DNA of 45,621 nucleotides from Romboutsia sp. Its GTDB lineage: Bacteria > Bacillota > Clostridia > Peptostreptococcales > Peptostreptococcaceae. The DNA is taken from the NCBI GenBank assembly GCA_036646635.1, contig JAVXLU010000003.1:1-45621 (forward strand), given 5' to 3'. How positions within the stretch are numbered: the first letter of the stretch is position 1; each line of letters starts with the position of its first letter. A model generated the notes under the pieces. The model did not search any database, was not told the origin of the DNA, and saw only the letters and a list, made by a program, of their open reading frames with translations. Both the position numbers and the translations under genes were made by a program. This document shows, piece by piece, positions 28,119-38,004 of this stretch.

Positions 28119-28715
28119 TTAACTAATTCTTTTGAATTCTGTTTGCTCTTTAGGTTTATAATAATTTGTATAATCTAACCCTTTTCTACTACAGTAATTA
28201 CTCAAATCTTGAATTGATAATTTTCTTTCTCTCTTGAAATTATCCAAGAACTCCTCATTTACATTAGTTTTTATAGCTACATATAAAACATTATCAAGCT
28301 GTTCTATATCCCTAACCTTCTCCTCTATTTTAACTCTATCATCAACTCCTAATGAGACTAACGCAGCTTTATCTATTTTCGCTAAATCCGCTGCACTTAT
28401 CTTTCCAACATAGCTTAAAAGTTTAACCTTATCTAAGGTTCTTACTTGCTCTAACATAACAAAGCTTTCTTTTTCTAAGCCTATGTATTTATAGTCTAGT
28501 ATTACTTGTGTAGGTAGTTTAGCCTTATTTACTTGTGATGTTATTGAAGCTACTATAACAGTAGGACTGTATCTATTCCCCATATCATTTTGTACTATTA
28601 TTACTGGTCTAATTCCAGCTTGCTCAGATGTTCTTTTGTCACCTTTACTTATCTTACCTAAATCAGCGTAGTATACTTCGCCTCGATAATAATTTTTACT
28701 CATCATTCTAATCAC
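28119..28715 (-). CDS. mazF: MazF/PemK family endoribonuclease with ~75 aa C-terminal extension
   Basis: RGEVYYADL, EQAGIRPVIIVQND.GN.YSPTVIVA.ITS, KAKLPT, S...LEQVRTLDK. Confidence 0.92.
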   Translation of the reverse strand: MIRMMSKNYYRGEVYYADLGKISKGDKRTSEQAGIRPVIIVQNDMGNRYSPTVIVASITSQVNKAKLPTQVILDYKYIGLEKESFVMLEQVRTLDKVKLLSYVGKISAADLAKIDKAALVSLGVDDRVKIEEKVRDIEQLDNVLYVAIKTNVNEEFLDNFKRERKLSIQDLSNYCSRKGLDYTNYYKPKEQTEFKRIS

Positions 28716-28748
28716 TCCTCATTTTGTATCTCTCTCATCTATGAACTT

Positions 28749-28798
28749 AGTATACTCCTAAAAGCAAAATAAGTCAATCATATTTTAATATTTATTTT
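28749..28798 (-). promoter_or_regulatory. sigmaA promoter of mazF with conserved upstream element
   Basis: TTGACT-N17-TATACT preceded by AAAATAAATATTAAAATATGA. Confidence 0.8.
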
Positions 28799-28810
28799 TA
28801 TTTTATGGAA

Positions 28811-28833
28811 AAGGAGCACTGAATTCTGCTCCT
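28811..28833 (-). terminator. terminator after repressor-like gene
   Basis: AGGAGCA/TGCTCCT stem with T-rich tail on minus strand. Confidence 0.7.
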
Positions 28834-29964
28834 CTATTTTCTATATTTACTGTAATCAGGTATATACTCAACCCTATTCCCCTCTTTATCCAGTAACCAA
28901 TTTTCTTTTAATATATCATTATCACCTGTCATGTTTGTATACAGTTCCTTAATCGTCACATACCCACTACTAGTAGCTTTTGGCTCAAAAAATTTGTGGA
29001 CATGTAAAAAATCGCTTATAAACAATTTATTATATTTAGACTTATTTTTTATTTCGAATATCATATCTAATTCTGCACATTTGAATAAATCTTTAGCAGC
29101 AATATATTTTTCTTCTGCAGCACTGAAAAATAGTGCCAATCTATTTCTAAATATTGTAGGCGTAATAATTGGATATCCTACTTCTCTTTTTATTATAAAA
29201 TTAGAATCTTCGAATACTCTAGTTACATCAACTTTAGTTTTCGCCACTCCTCTTTCATAAGTATATTCTTTTACTTCTAATGCTTCTTTTAAAATATTTA
29301 TTATTCTATCATCTTTTATATCGATATCTTTAACATTTTCAAGATTTTTCTTCCCATCTAAAACATCCTGGTCTCTATTAGTTACATGAATAATCTTATT
29401 TTCAAAATCAATATCATCTTTTTCAAGGAATAAAACTTCACTCCATTTATTTCCTCTTAATCCCATTCTGATTAATAAAACTAAAGCTAAATTTTGTTCT
29501 GTAATTTGATCACATTCTTCATTTTGTCCAGTTTTGATTTTTTGCCACATATCAAATATTTCATCATAGCTTATATAATTATTCTTAATTTTTCTACTAT
29601 TTACAATTGCAATCTCTTTTAAGTTAATTTTCTGAGTTGGGTCTTCGCCTGAATGATTTAATCCATTTTCAATTGCCCAAGTTTCATACCCCTTAATAAC
29701 ACTAAAAGCATGTTTTATTGTATTCATAGAACTTGTTGGAACTGATTGTATTAGCTCAATTACATCATCTCTATTGAATTGAGATAAATCTTTATTTTTT
29801 AATTGTTCAATTTGATATACAAGTTTATAAAAAGTTCTATATACATTTTTACATGTACTATGAGTAAACTTTCTTTCATTCAGAAAATCAACTTTATTCT
29901 TTAAAAAAACTGGTAGTTGATTATACATATTCATCGCTGAATCAAAATTATCCATATCTTTCAT
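28834..29964 (-). CDS. MrpR/YopR-like repressor (degenerate tyrosine recombinase fold)
   Basis: N-terminal core-binding-like helices, box I LLIRMGLRG..SEV..L...DIDF; box II HxxR replaced by AAKDLFKC; follows YopQ-like gene. Confidence 0.75.
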   Translation of the reverse strand: MKDMDNFDSAMNMYNQLPVFLKNKVDFLNERKFTHSTCKNVYRTFYKLVYQIEQLKNKDLSQFNRDDVIELIQSVPTSSMNTIKHAFSVIKGYETWAIENGLNHSGEDPTQKINLKEIAIVNSRKIKNNYISYDEIFDMWQKIKTGQNEECDQITEQNLALVLLIRMGLRGNKWSEVLFLEKDDIDFENKIIHVTNRDQDVLDGKKNLENVKDIDIKDDRIINILKEALEVKEYTYERGVAKTKVDVTRVFEDSNFIIKREVGYPIITPTIFRNRLALFFSAAEEKYIAAKDLFKCAELDMIFEIKNKSKYNKLFISDFLHVHKFFEPKATSSGYVTIKELYTNMTGDNDILKENWLLDKEGNRVEYIPDYSKYRK

Positions 29965-30046
29965 TTTCTTTCCTCCTACTATAAGGGTTACGACCCCTTA
30001 ACGATATCATAGAATCGTATTCCGTTATCATTACTTCTTTTGTAAA

Positions 30047-31408
30047 CTAAATTAATTCTTTAAAATAATTGTATATTTTCTTTGCATCGGTCATTTTCTG
30101 ATGTAACCTTAAATCTTTAAAATCTTTATCATTAATCAATTTAATGTTTTTCGTAAAACTATTAACACTATCTAATATTTCATCCTCATTTAGTTTATTT
30201 TTTACCACATAAACACATAAAGCAAAATATCCTACAAAAATATTAGGAAGTTCATAATTTCTACTGATTTCATTTTCCATAATACTATTAATTATATTTA
30301 TAACTTGAACATACTTTTTACTATTTAAAACCTGCTCATTAAAGCTATCAAAATTGATATTTTCAAAATCCTCAATATATTTTAATCCAGATCTTAATAT
30401 TGTGAAATTAGTTAATTTGTCTTCCATTTTCATACTCTCAAAAGTTTTAGAAATATTGTTATTCAAAATATTATTATTTCTATTATCAAGAGTGTTTAAT
30501 TTTTGAATAAATTTGTTAATACCGTCATCAACCATTGTTTCGCCATATTCTTCACTCATTTTATTTGCCTTAGTTTGTCTTCTGACAAAATCGGCTGCCT
30601 GCTCTATTGTAGTTAAAGAAATTTGTACTGGAAAACCTTCGAATACATCATTTATATCTATATGTTTTTTTCTTAATTCACTTTCTAATTCACTAATAGC
30701 AGTGTCTCTATGCCATCCATCAGTAATATCTAATGGTGTATAATGTTCACTATCTATATCATAATTAACCTTTATTCTAAATTCTAATTTATCTTTGTCA
30801 TAAACGAATTGAGGAATTTTACCATCTAAAATTGGTATATTTAATGAAATAGTATCTGGTGGAAAATATTTTCTATCTTTGATTGTTTTTTTTATTCCTT
30901 CTACACTTTCATTATTTAAATTAATCATTTTTTTAACATTCCCGAATCTATCTACTTTATACTTAGGGTCTCTTTGTGTTAAAAAGTTATATCTTATATT
31001 TCTATTAGCTCTTGCTTTTGCCTGTTCGCTAGGTAACCACTTTGCACATAAAAACATTTGATCGTTATATTGAATTACATTTTTAAATATAATTTCATTT
31101 TCATTGATTTCTGGTTGATTAATATGTGTTTCATACATGTCTCTTTCACTGCTAGTAAAAAAATTAGCTGGGTTAAAATTATTATATCCTATTTTATATA
31201 AAATCTTGCTTATTCCAATTGACTCTAATAAATTTATTTCATCTATTGTTACGTTTCCTTGGTTTTGATTAAATAATAAATTTGGTGTATTAATTCCGAA
31301 TCCTTTTTTTATGAATTCCTCTTTTATTTTTTTAATTGCTTCAATATTATCAGCATTTCTATCTATAAAATCTTTTAATTCAATTTTAAAATCTTCTTTA
31401 TTTGCCAT
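30047..31408 (-). CDS. DGQHR/DndB (ParB-like) domain protein, YopQ-like
   Basis: YNFLTQR, PDTISLN, DITDGWHR motifs. Confidence 0.75.
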   Translation of the reverse strand: MANKEDFKIELKDFIDRNADNIEAIKKIKEEFIKKGFGINTPNLLFNQNQGNVTIDEINLLESIGISKILYKIGYNNFNPANFFTSSERDMYETHINQPEINENEIIFKNVIQYNDQMFLCAKWLPSEQAKARANRNIRYNFLTQRDPKYKVDRFGNVKKMINLNNESVEGIKKTIKDRKYFPPDTISLNIPILDGKIPQFVYDKDKLEFRIKVNYDIDSEHYTPLDITDGWHRDTAISELESELRKKHIDINDVFEGFPVQISLTTIEQAADFVRRQTKANKMSEEYGETMVDDGINKFIQKLNTLDNRNNNILNNNISKTFESMKMEDKLTNFTILRSGLKYIEDFENINFDSFNEQVLNSKKYVQVINIINSIMENEISRNYELPNIFVGYFALCVYVVKNKLNEDEILDSVNSFTKNIKLINDKDFKDLRLHQKMTDAKKIYNYFKELI

Positions 31409-31449
31409 AAACTTATTGCCTCCTTTATATACTTATATCTATATAGTGT

Positions 31450-31478
31450 ATTGTAGCATAATATGCTCATAATTGCAA
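31450..31478 (-). promoter_or_regulatory. sigmaA promoter of yopQ-like/mrpR-like operon
   Basis: TTGCAA-N17-TACAAT with TGn extension. Confidence 0.65.
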
Positions 31479-31490
31479 TAAATTATAAAA

Positions 31491-31525
31491 AATAGAAGGT
31501 TGCTAAAAGTTAGCAGCCTTCTATT
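31491..31525 (-). terminator. Rho-independent terminator
   Basis: AATAGAAGGTTGCTAA/TTAGCAGCCTTCTATT stem with T tract. Confidence 0.85.
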
Positions 31526-31769
31526 AAAATTCCTCGAATATCAAACAATTTTTTTCATCTAAAATTCTCATTTCACCATCAAATATGTATATCTGAATTT
31601 TATCCATATTGAACTCAAATTCAGTTTTTTCTAGTTCTATTTTAATATTTTTTTCATTATATTCATAGTTTGTTAAAATTTCTATTATTTCTCCCTTATA
31701 ACCATTCATAACCAAATAATTATTTAGATTCCCCTCTAAAAAATCTATAATAATACTCGCTTCTTCCAT
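31524..31769 (-). CDS. 81 aa acidic hypothetical protein, SOS-box controlled
   Basis: ORF with GGAGG RBS, own promoter and terminator. Confidence 0.75.
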   Translation of the reverse strand: MEEASIIIDFLEGNLNNYLVMNGYKGEIIEILTNYEYNEKNIKIELEKTEFEFNMDKIQIYIFDGEMRILDEKNCLIFEEF

Positions 31770-31795
31770 CTTTCAACCTCCGTTTTTCATTCGTT

Positions 31796-31809
31796 CGAAC
31801 ATACGTTCT
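31796..31809. promoter_or_regulatory. LexA (SOS/Cheo) box
   Basis: CGAACATACGTTCT matches Firmicute CGAAC-RNRY-GTTC. Confidence 0.85.
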
Positions 31810-31825
31810 CGTGTTGTATGAGTAA

Positions 31826-31854
31826 AGTATAATCCCAAAAAAACTTTTTGTAAA
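31826..31854 (-). promoter_or_regulatory. sigmaA promoter of the 81 aa gene
   Basis: TTTACA-N17-TATACT. Confidence 0.75.
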
Positions 31855-32026
31855 GAGATTCACGTTACATATTTAATCATATCACAATTTTTTAATTAAA
31901 TTATTCTGTATTAGAATACTTTCCGACATAGTTCGACACTAAATGCAATATTTGTAATAGATACTTATATTTTTTAAATTTTATCGTTATTTTACATTAT
32001 CGTTGTCTATTTTTTATATCTAAATT

Positions 32027-34927
32027 CTATTTTATTTTCTGATTGCCCCATGTAATATTAATACCTTGTTCTGTTTCCTCTTTTACCATTAACCCCTCTA
32101 ATATAATTGGGTCTATATTGAATTTTTCATACACTTCTTGATCTGCCAACTCTTCATTTTTCATTAAACTGCATATTTTATCTTTAACCATATTTAACTT
32201 TAATAAATTAACTTCAATACTATTAGTATAAAATATATTATAAATATCAGTTTTTTTCTTAGAATTCATTCTTGTAAATCTTGCTCTGTATTGTCCTGTT
32301 GAACTATCATTCCATAGCATTTCTGGTATTAAAACTTTATCTACAAATCCAATATTCATACTACAGCTTAATGCCATCTGAGTTGATACTATAATACAAT
32401 CATCGCATTTTTTCATATCTTCAACCATTACTTTTCTTTTTTTTAAAGTTGTATCTTGTCCAGTTATCACAAATATTTTTCTATTAGGAAATTTTTCTCT
32501 CAATATATCAGCATATACGTTAACTGTTTTAATTCTAGTACAACCAATAGCAACTCTTTCATTACTAAATTTTTTTACCATACCACAAACTTTTAATACT
32601 TTACTGCTTACCTTGGTGCCTTTATATTCTTTGAAAATATGGGGTGTGCTACATGATTTAAGTAAAGTATTTAGTTGTGCCAGAATTCTAAACATAGCAT
32701 CCTTTTTACTATTACCAGTATGTATGTGATATTCCGCACTCATTTCGTAGAATTTTTCTAATATTTGCTTATATAGATTTTTTTCTGAATCTGTAAAACT
32801 ACAAGTAACTTGATGTATATTATATAATTTTTTTCCTACGATATCCTCTAATGTCCTTGTAATAATAGTTTTGTCAATTATTTTCTTTAATTGTTCTTTG
32901 TTATATATATTCTGTTCGTATTTAGCCACACCAAAAGTACTGACCTTTTTAGGTATATGTGATTTAGTGAATAATTCATATCCTTTTCTATATGGTGGAT
33001 AAGGTTTATTTACTAAATCATTATTTTTTTTCTTAATATTCTTTTGTTCCTTATCTTCTTCATATATAAATTCATTTTTACATACCATATTTAAACTATT
33101 ATTATATAATAATTCTAACTGTGAATATACCTCGTTAATTGAGTTTCTAACACTTGTACCACTTAATAATAGTTTATATATTGTATTAGTTTTAAAGCAG
33201 TTTAACACGCTTCTGCAACGCTTAGAATTGATATTACTAATGCTATCCGATTCATCTAATATTAAAGTAAATTTTTTTCCATGAAGTCTGAAAAATCTTT
33301 TAACCCATCTTTCATTTTTAATAAGCATATTGAAAGTTAATAATATAAATTCTCCTGGAATAATTTTTTCTATATCTGATTTACAATTAATTACTCTATA
33401 AGGTAAATTAAAATTTTCCATCATGTCTACATAAGTATTTTTAATAGCTATTGCTGGTGCAACTACAAATATATTCTTGCATTGATTTTTTTCCATTCTA
33501 TACAAACCATAATATAAACTAGAATATGACTTACCACCACCCATTTCCCATTGTAAAAATGCAAAATTTTTCTGTATAGTTTTATTCATATCATATCTTT
33601 GTAAATCATTTAATTTTGTTTTTAATCCTTCAACTTCATTATATAAACTTTTTTCACTTAACCACTTATCAATTTTTTTATCAATCTTCATATCTTCAAA
33701 AGGTATACTTTGTTTTGCTACTGCTCTTAACTTTCTATTTAATACCTTTTGTTTATTTTCATTCTTAATTATTTTTTTCCCATGTTGATTACTTAACACA
33801 TTTTTTAATTTAGCAATAACTTTTTTCTTCGTTAATTTAATTTTTTCCCATTCTTCATTACTAATACTCTGTGGCTGCTTTTGATTATAATATAATTGGT
33901 AGCAGTTAAAACACTCATTATAATATTTATTTGTTGCTTTTGTTCTTCTTATATCAAATAACAGTTTAGTAATTTTTTTCTCAAATTCTTTGTCTTTATT
34001 AGTATAATTCTTTAAGTTTTCTAATTTTATACTATTCTTATTTTTTTCTTTTATCAATCTAATTTTTTCTATATCATCTTTAATTTTTTTCTCTGTTGTA
34101 AATTCATTTATGTATTTTTTTTCTTCTAGAAACTCACTTTTCTTAATAAAAAACATCATTTTTATTTTAAAGTTATCACTCACCCCAACCCTATTAAATG
34201 CGCCTTGATTAATTTCAAATTGTCCTATGAAATTAAAATTATCAGTCATATAATCAATACCACTCTTATCGCTAAATTCATCATTTAAAAAACTTGCTGG
34301 TGTAATAATTCCTAAAATTCCACCCTTCTTTAAAAGCTCGTTAGCTTTCATAATATAAATCATTTGAGAATTTTTTTCTTGTCCTTGATATTTCATTCTA
34401 ATATTAAAAGGTGGATTCCCTATAATTAAATCAAATATCATATTTGAATTATAGTTTCTCATATCTCCATTGGTAAGAGTAATTTTTTCGCCATATAGAT
34501 AATTACATACTTTATAGCTTTTAATATCTATTTCATTTCCATAAGCATTATTTAAATTAGGTAAGTAATTAAATAATGAACCTGAACCACAAGTAAGATC
34601 TAAAACTGTTTCATTTTCTTTTACTTGTAATAATTCAATTAATTTTTTACTTTCCTCTTGTTGTGTGAAGAATTGTCCATTCTCAAGGTTTTTTTTCTCC
34701 TTGCTATATTCATAAAAAGAATTATAATCATTAAAATTTATCTCAAAAGTTCCACCATCTCCAGTATAGGTATTAAATATTATTTCTTTATTCATTCCGC
34801 TTTTTTCTACTAAGTCATTATCTATCATATATAATATTTTTTCATTTATATCTTTTCTTTTCTCTTGTGGTATATGTATATTCAAATCTTTATATTTCGC
34901 CTTGTATTGCATTTTAATAACCTCCAT
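32027..34927 (-). CDS. N6-adenine DNA methyltransferase fused to SF2/SNF2-like helicase
   Basis: GQFFT, DLTCGSG, GNPPF; MGGGKS, LILDESD, LLSGT, Q..ARF.R. Confidence 0.88.
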   Translation of the reverse strand: MEVIKMQYKAKYKDLNIHIPQEKRKDINEKILYMIDNDLVEKSGMNKEIIFNTYTGDGGTFEINFNDYNSFYEYSKEKKNLENGQFFTQQEESKKLIELLQVKENETVLDLTCGSGSLFNYLPNLNNAYGNEIDIKSYKVCNYLYGEKITLTNGDMRNYNSNMIFDLIIGNPPFNIRMKYQGQEKNSQMIYIMKANELLKKGGILGIITPASFLNDEFSDKSGIDYMTDNFNFIGQFEINQGAFNRVGVSDNFKIKMMFFIKKSEFLEEKKYINEFTTEKKIKDDIEKIRLIKEKNKNSIKLENLKNYTNKDKEFEKKITKLLFDIRRTKATNKYYNECFNCYQLYYNQKQPQSISNEEWEKIKLTKKKVIAKLKNVLSNQHGKKIIKNENKQKVLNRKLRAVAKQSIPFEDMKIDKKIDKWLSEKSLYNEVEGLKTKLNDLQRYDMNKTIQKNFAFLQWEMGGGKSYSSLYYGLYRMEKNQCKNIFVVAPAIAIKNTYVDMMENFNLPYRVINCKSDIEKIIPGEFILLTFNMLIKNERWVKRFFRLHGKKFTLILDESDSISNINSKRCRSVLNCFKTNTIYKLLLSGTSVRNSINEVYSQLELLYNNSLNMVCKNEFIYEEDKEQKNIKKKNNDLVNKPYPPYRKGYELFTKSHIPKKVSTFGVAKYEQNIYNKEQLKKIIDKTIITRTLEDIVGKKLYNIHQVTCSFTDSEKNLYKQILEKFYEMSAEYHIHTGNSKKDAMFRILAQLNTLLKSCSTPHIFKEYKGTKVSSKVLKVCGMVKKFSNERVAIGCTRIKTVNVYADILREKFPNRKIFVITGQDTTLKKRKVMVEDMKKCDDCIIVSTQMALSCSMNIGFVDKVLIPEMLWNDSSTGQYRARFTRMNSKKKTDIYNIFYTNSIEVNLLKLNMVKDKICSLMKNEELADQEVYEKFNIDPIILEGLMVKEETEQGINITWGNQKIK

Positions 34928-34946
34928 AATGTAATATTATATAGTC

Positions 34947-34972
34947 TACAAACGCCATTTAAGACGTTTGTA
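34947..34972 (-). terminator. hairpin between the two large genes
   Basis: TACAAACG/CGTTTGTA inverted repeat. Confidence 0.5.
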
Positions 34973-34998
34973 AAATTATGCTTTTATTTATTTTTCAA

Positions 34999-37854
34999 TT
35001 ATGCTGCTATACTGTAATTTAAATAAGTTTGAGCAAAATTTAAAGCGTTAGATCCATTATTGAATATTAATTGAACTTTGCCATTTTTAAAGAACTTAAT
35101 ACCAGTTATTTTAGTTCCTATAATTTCAAATTCTTTTCCTGTTACATCGTCATAATTTTTTAAGTTATTTAATAATATATCTATTGTATCTTTAGATGTA
35201 TTATTAAATTTTTCTATAAGCGTTAATAATGGCTTTAGACTATTTGTATTGTTATAATCTATTTTGTACCCACTCCAACAACTATAATAAATAAAATTTT
35301 GTATTGATAAATTTTTTCCTTTCACAGATAGATATGATTCTTTCCATCCTTTAGTTTTTTTAATAACATCTTCTTTTGCTTCTTCTATTTCCTTTGATTC
35401 AAAATCAAAACCACCTAATTGATTAAAAATATCATCAAGTAATAAATTATAATTTAATTCATTCATAAACCAATTTAAATTATTTTTTCCTTGTTCTGGT
35501 CTACTCTCTAAATAATAATCTGTGCTATGCTCTATTAGTTTAAGAGTAACATTATATTTATTTATAAAATAGTAATATATTTTACTTACAAAACTATTAC
35601 ACTCTTTAAATACAACTTCTTTTATAAAATCTTCCTCTATAGTATATATACTTCTTGTTATTTCTTTCCCCTCTACATTATAAATTTTATTTTCCTTATA
35701 TAATTCTAGATATAATTTAAATTTTTCTCTCATATTATCAAAATTATTTTGTAATTCCTCCATTACTTTAAGATCTTCATCCTTTAATCTATTTTCGTTT
35801 TTTATTTCTACATTATCAAATTTATTTAATATATCATCAAAATTAAAATTATTTTCCATTTCTTTTACTTCCTCTTTCTTTTCTTCTAAATCTATTATAT
35901 TATTTTCTTCCTGATCTTCTTTTATTAGTTCTTTTTTATCTATAAATAATATACTTTTATTAATATCATTAATAGCCTTTATTGTTATAATTTCATCATA
36001 AGATAAATTATTAAAAATAAATTTATTTACACCTATATAATATTTATCTATGTTAAAAGATTCTAATTTTTCTTTTATTTCTTCGATTGATAAATCCCAT
36101 TCTTTAAAATGGCAGTCGAATATAAATCCTGATTCAATTTTTGAGCTATCATTATATAAATTCTCATTTATATAATTTTCTTCGTGATCTTCTTTTAAAG
36201 TTGATAATTCTTCAACAACTTCCATATTGTCAATTAAAGTTTCATTTACTATTTTACTTTTTAAACATCTAAAAACTCCATTTAATTCGTGTAAATCATC
36301 ACTAGGAGCGTATAACCCTTCCTTTACTACTTCCCCATTAGACTTTTTAACGCTTCCATATATACAATTGTCTTCTTTATTTGCTTCTACACTTAATAAT
36401 TCCCAATCCATTTCGATAATCATATTAATAATTTTATTTGTTTCTTCTATTTCCTCAACTGTAAAAGGTTCAATTTTATCTTCTTTTAATTCTTCTTGAT
36501 CCTTAACACCTATTAAAGAATTTATAAAGTTCCTTCTTTCCTCTGTATCTTTTGCATACCAAACTTTTTTAACATTATGCCACTTAAAGCCATTCTCTTT
36601 TAATTGATTTAATATTACCTTTTCTGGTTTCTCATTAAATTTTATTTCTATACCTTTTTTTTCTTCATTATATGTAATACTAATATTATCATCATCGATA
36701 TTTTTATATTCTTTTTTGTGATTTATTTTATTATCTTCTTTATTAACTTTTTTCTCACTATTTTTTACTCTTACTAACTTTTCAACTATTTCTATTTTTT
36801 CTACTTCAATAAGATTATATATTTTTAATGTATAATTTTCGCTCTGAATAGCTCTATCAATAGATTTTTTATTAAAAAACCAAACATTATTATAACTTTT
36901 ACTTTCTTGATATCCTCTATTTTTTGATCCTAATTTTACTACTTGATAAGAATTTTCTTTTGCTTCTTTTACTTTTAAATATCCTTTACCATTTTGAAAA
37001 AATATATCATTTATCTTTAATTCAGTTTTTTTGTCTACTTCTTGCATTTCTATAACTATCTTTTTTACTTCTTTAGTAACCTTTTTAAAACTCTTTTTAT
37101 TTTGTTGCTTTAATCCTTCTTCCTCAGTCTCCTTTGTACCATCTCCACATGAATTCATTCCTGTCACTGCTCTTTCTAATCTTAGTATAAAAGCTTTAAA
37201 TTCTTTTATTGCTTTTTCTTCTTCTTCACTTAACTTTCTTTCTTTTCTTACTTCTTCATTATATCCAGTTTCTTCGTTATATTCCCATGAATTATAAAAT
37301 TTATAGCTTTCTTTATATTTCATTTTAATAATGTCATATATATATGATTCAGGAACTTTGGAGAATATAGTTAATTTGTTTCCTCTATCTATTAAAGACC
37401 CATCTTTCTCTATGTGCCATATACAACCTTTACTATTTCCCATATATGAAGGATATAATTCTATAGTCTCATATTGACTTACACCCTCATTGTTATATTT
37501 AGATTGAATCTTTGTTATCATATTCTTTGCGTTTTCTTCTTCTCCTGGTGTAGCTCCTCTTAAAACTGTAACATCTTTTAGATTCTCAATTCTTTTTTGA
37601 TCTTTATTATTTATTGTTATGTAATTTGGGTTCCATCTAACTTTTTTTCTTTCTCCTGATGTATTGCTGCCTTTAGTATCAATAACAAGTGTGTAACCAT
37701 TTTTAGTTGCTATTCCGTCCCAATATGCTGGACTATAGAAATCAGTCATTAAATCACTTTCATCATCTTTAAAACCAAATATCTTCCATCCTCTTTTTGT
37801 TAACTCCTCTGCTATTCTAACTTTTGCTTCTCTTTTAACATAATAATTTGACAT
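34999..37854 (-). CDS. large polyvalent (multi-domain) phage protein
   Basis: DUF2786-like RGATPGEEENAK, YNEEKKGIEIKF.EKP...LKENGFKW....VWYAK module, DUF4942-like IKFFKNGKV.L.F C-terminus. Confidence 0.7.
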   Translation of the reverse strand: MSNYYVKREAKVRIAEELTKRGWKIFGFKDDESDLMTDFYSPAYWDGIATKNGYTLVIDTKGSNTSGERKKVRWNPNYITINNKDQKRIENLKDVTVLRGATPGEEENAKNMITKIQSKYNNEGVSQYETIELYPSYMGNSKGCIWHIEKDGSLIDRGNKLTIFSKVPESYIYDIIKMKYKESYKFYNSWEYNEETGYNEEVRKERKLSEEEEKAIKEFKAFILRLERAVTGMNSCGDGTKETEEEGLKQQNKKSFKKVTKEVKKIVIEMQEVDKKTELKINDIFFQNGKGYLKVKEAKENSYQVVKLGSKNRGYQESKSYNNVWFFNKKSIDRAIQSENYTLKIYNLIEVEKIEIVEKLVRVKNSEKKVNKEDNKINHKKEYKNIDDDNISITYNEEKKGIEIKFNEKPEKVILNQLKENGFKWHNVKKVWYAKDTEERRNFINSLIGVKDQEELKEDKIEPFTVEEIEETNKIINMIIEMDWELLSVEANKEDNCIYGSVKKSNGEVVKEGLYAPSDDLHELNGVFRCLKSKIVNETLIDNMEVVEELSTLKEDHEENYINENLYNDSSKIESGFIFDCHFKEWDLSIEEIKEKLESFNIDKYYIGVNKFIFNNLSYDEIITIKAINDINKSILFIDKKELIKEDQEENNIIDLEEKKEEVKEMENNFNFDDILNKFDNVEIKNENRLKDEDLKVMEELQNNFDNMREKFKLYLELYKENKIYNVEGKEITRSIYTIEEDFIKEVVFKECNSFVSKIYYYFINKYNVTLKLIEHSTDYYLESRPEQGKNNLNWFMNELNYNLLLDDIFNQLGGFDFESKEIEEAKEDVIKKTKGWKESYLSVKGKNLSIQNFIYYSCWSGYKIDYNNTNSLKPLLTLIEKFNNTSKDTIDILLNNLKNYDDVTGKEFEIIGTKITGIKFFKNGKVQLIFNNGSNALNFAQTYLNYSIAA

Positions 37855-37902
37855 GAAAATTACCTCCTGATGATACTATTCCGTATCTCTTAACTTAATT
37901 AT

Positions 37903-37952
37903 ATTATACTATCTTTTCAAAGATATTTCAAGTATTTTTTATAATTTATTTT
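37903..37952 (-). promoter_or_regulatory. sigmaA promoter with conserved upstream element
   Basis: TTGAAA-N17-TATAAT preceded by AAAATAAATTATAAAAAATAC. Confidence 0.75.
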
Positions 37953-38004
37953 AATTAAAATTGTAATTTTATATAAATAAAAAAAGAAGATCTTACGACC
38001 TCCT

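Noticed and set aside
28834-29964. Active phage integrase with att site
   Set aside because: HxxR motif absent and no att-like boundary nearby; better explained as a repressor.
30047-31408. Dnd phosphorothioation system
   Set aside because: Only a DndB/DGQHR-like domain; no dndCDE genes.
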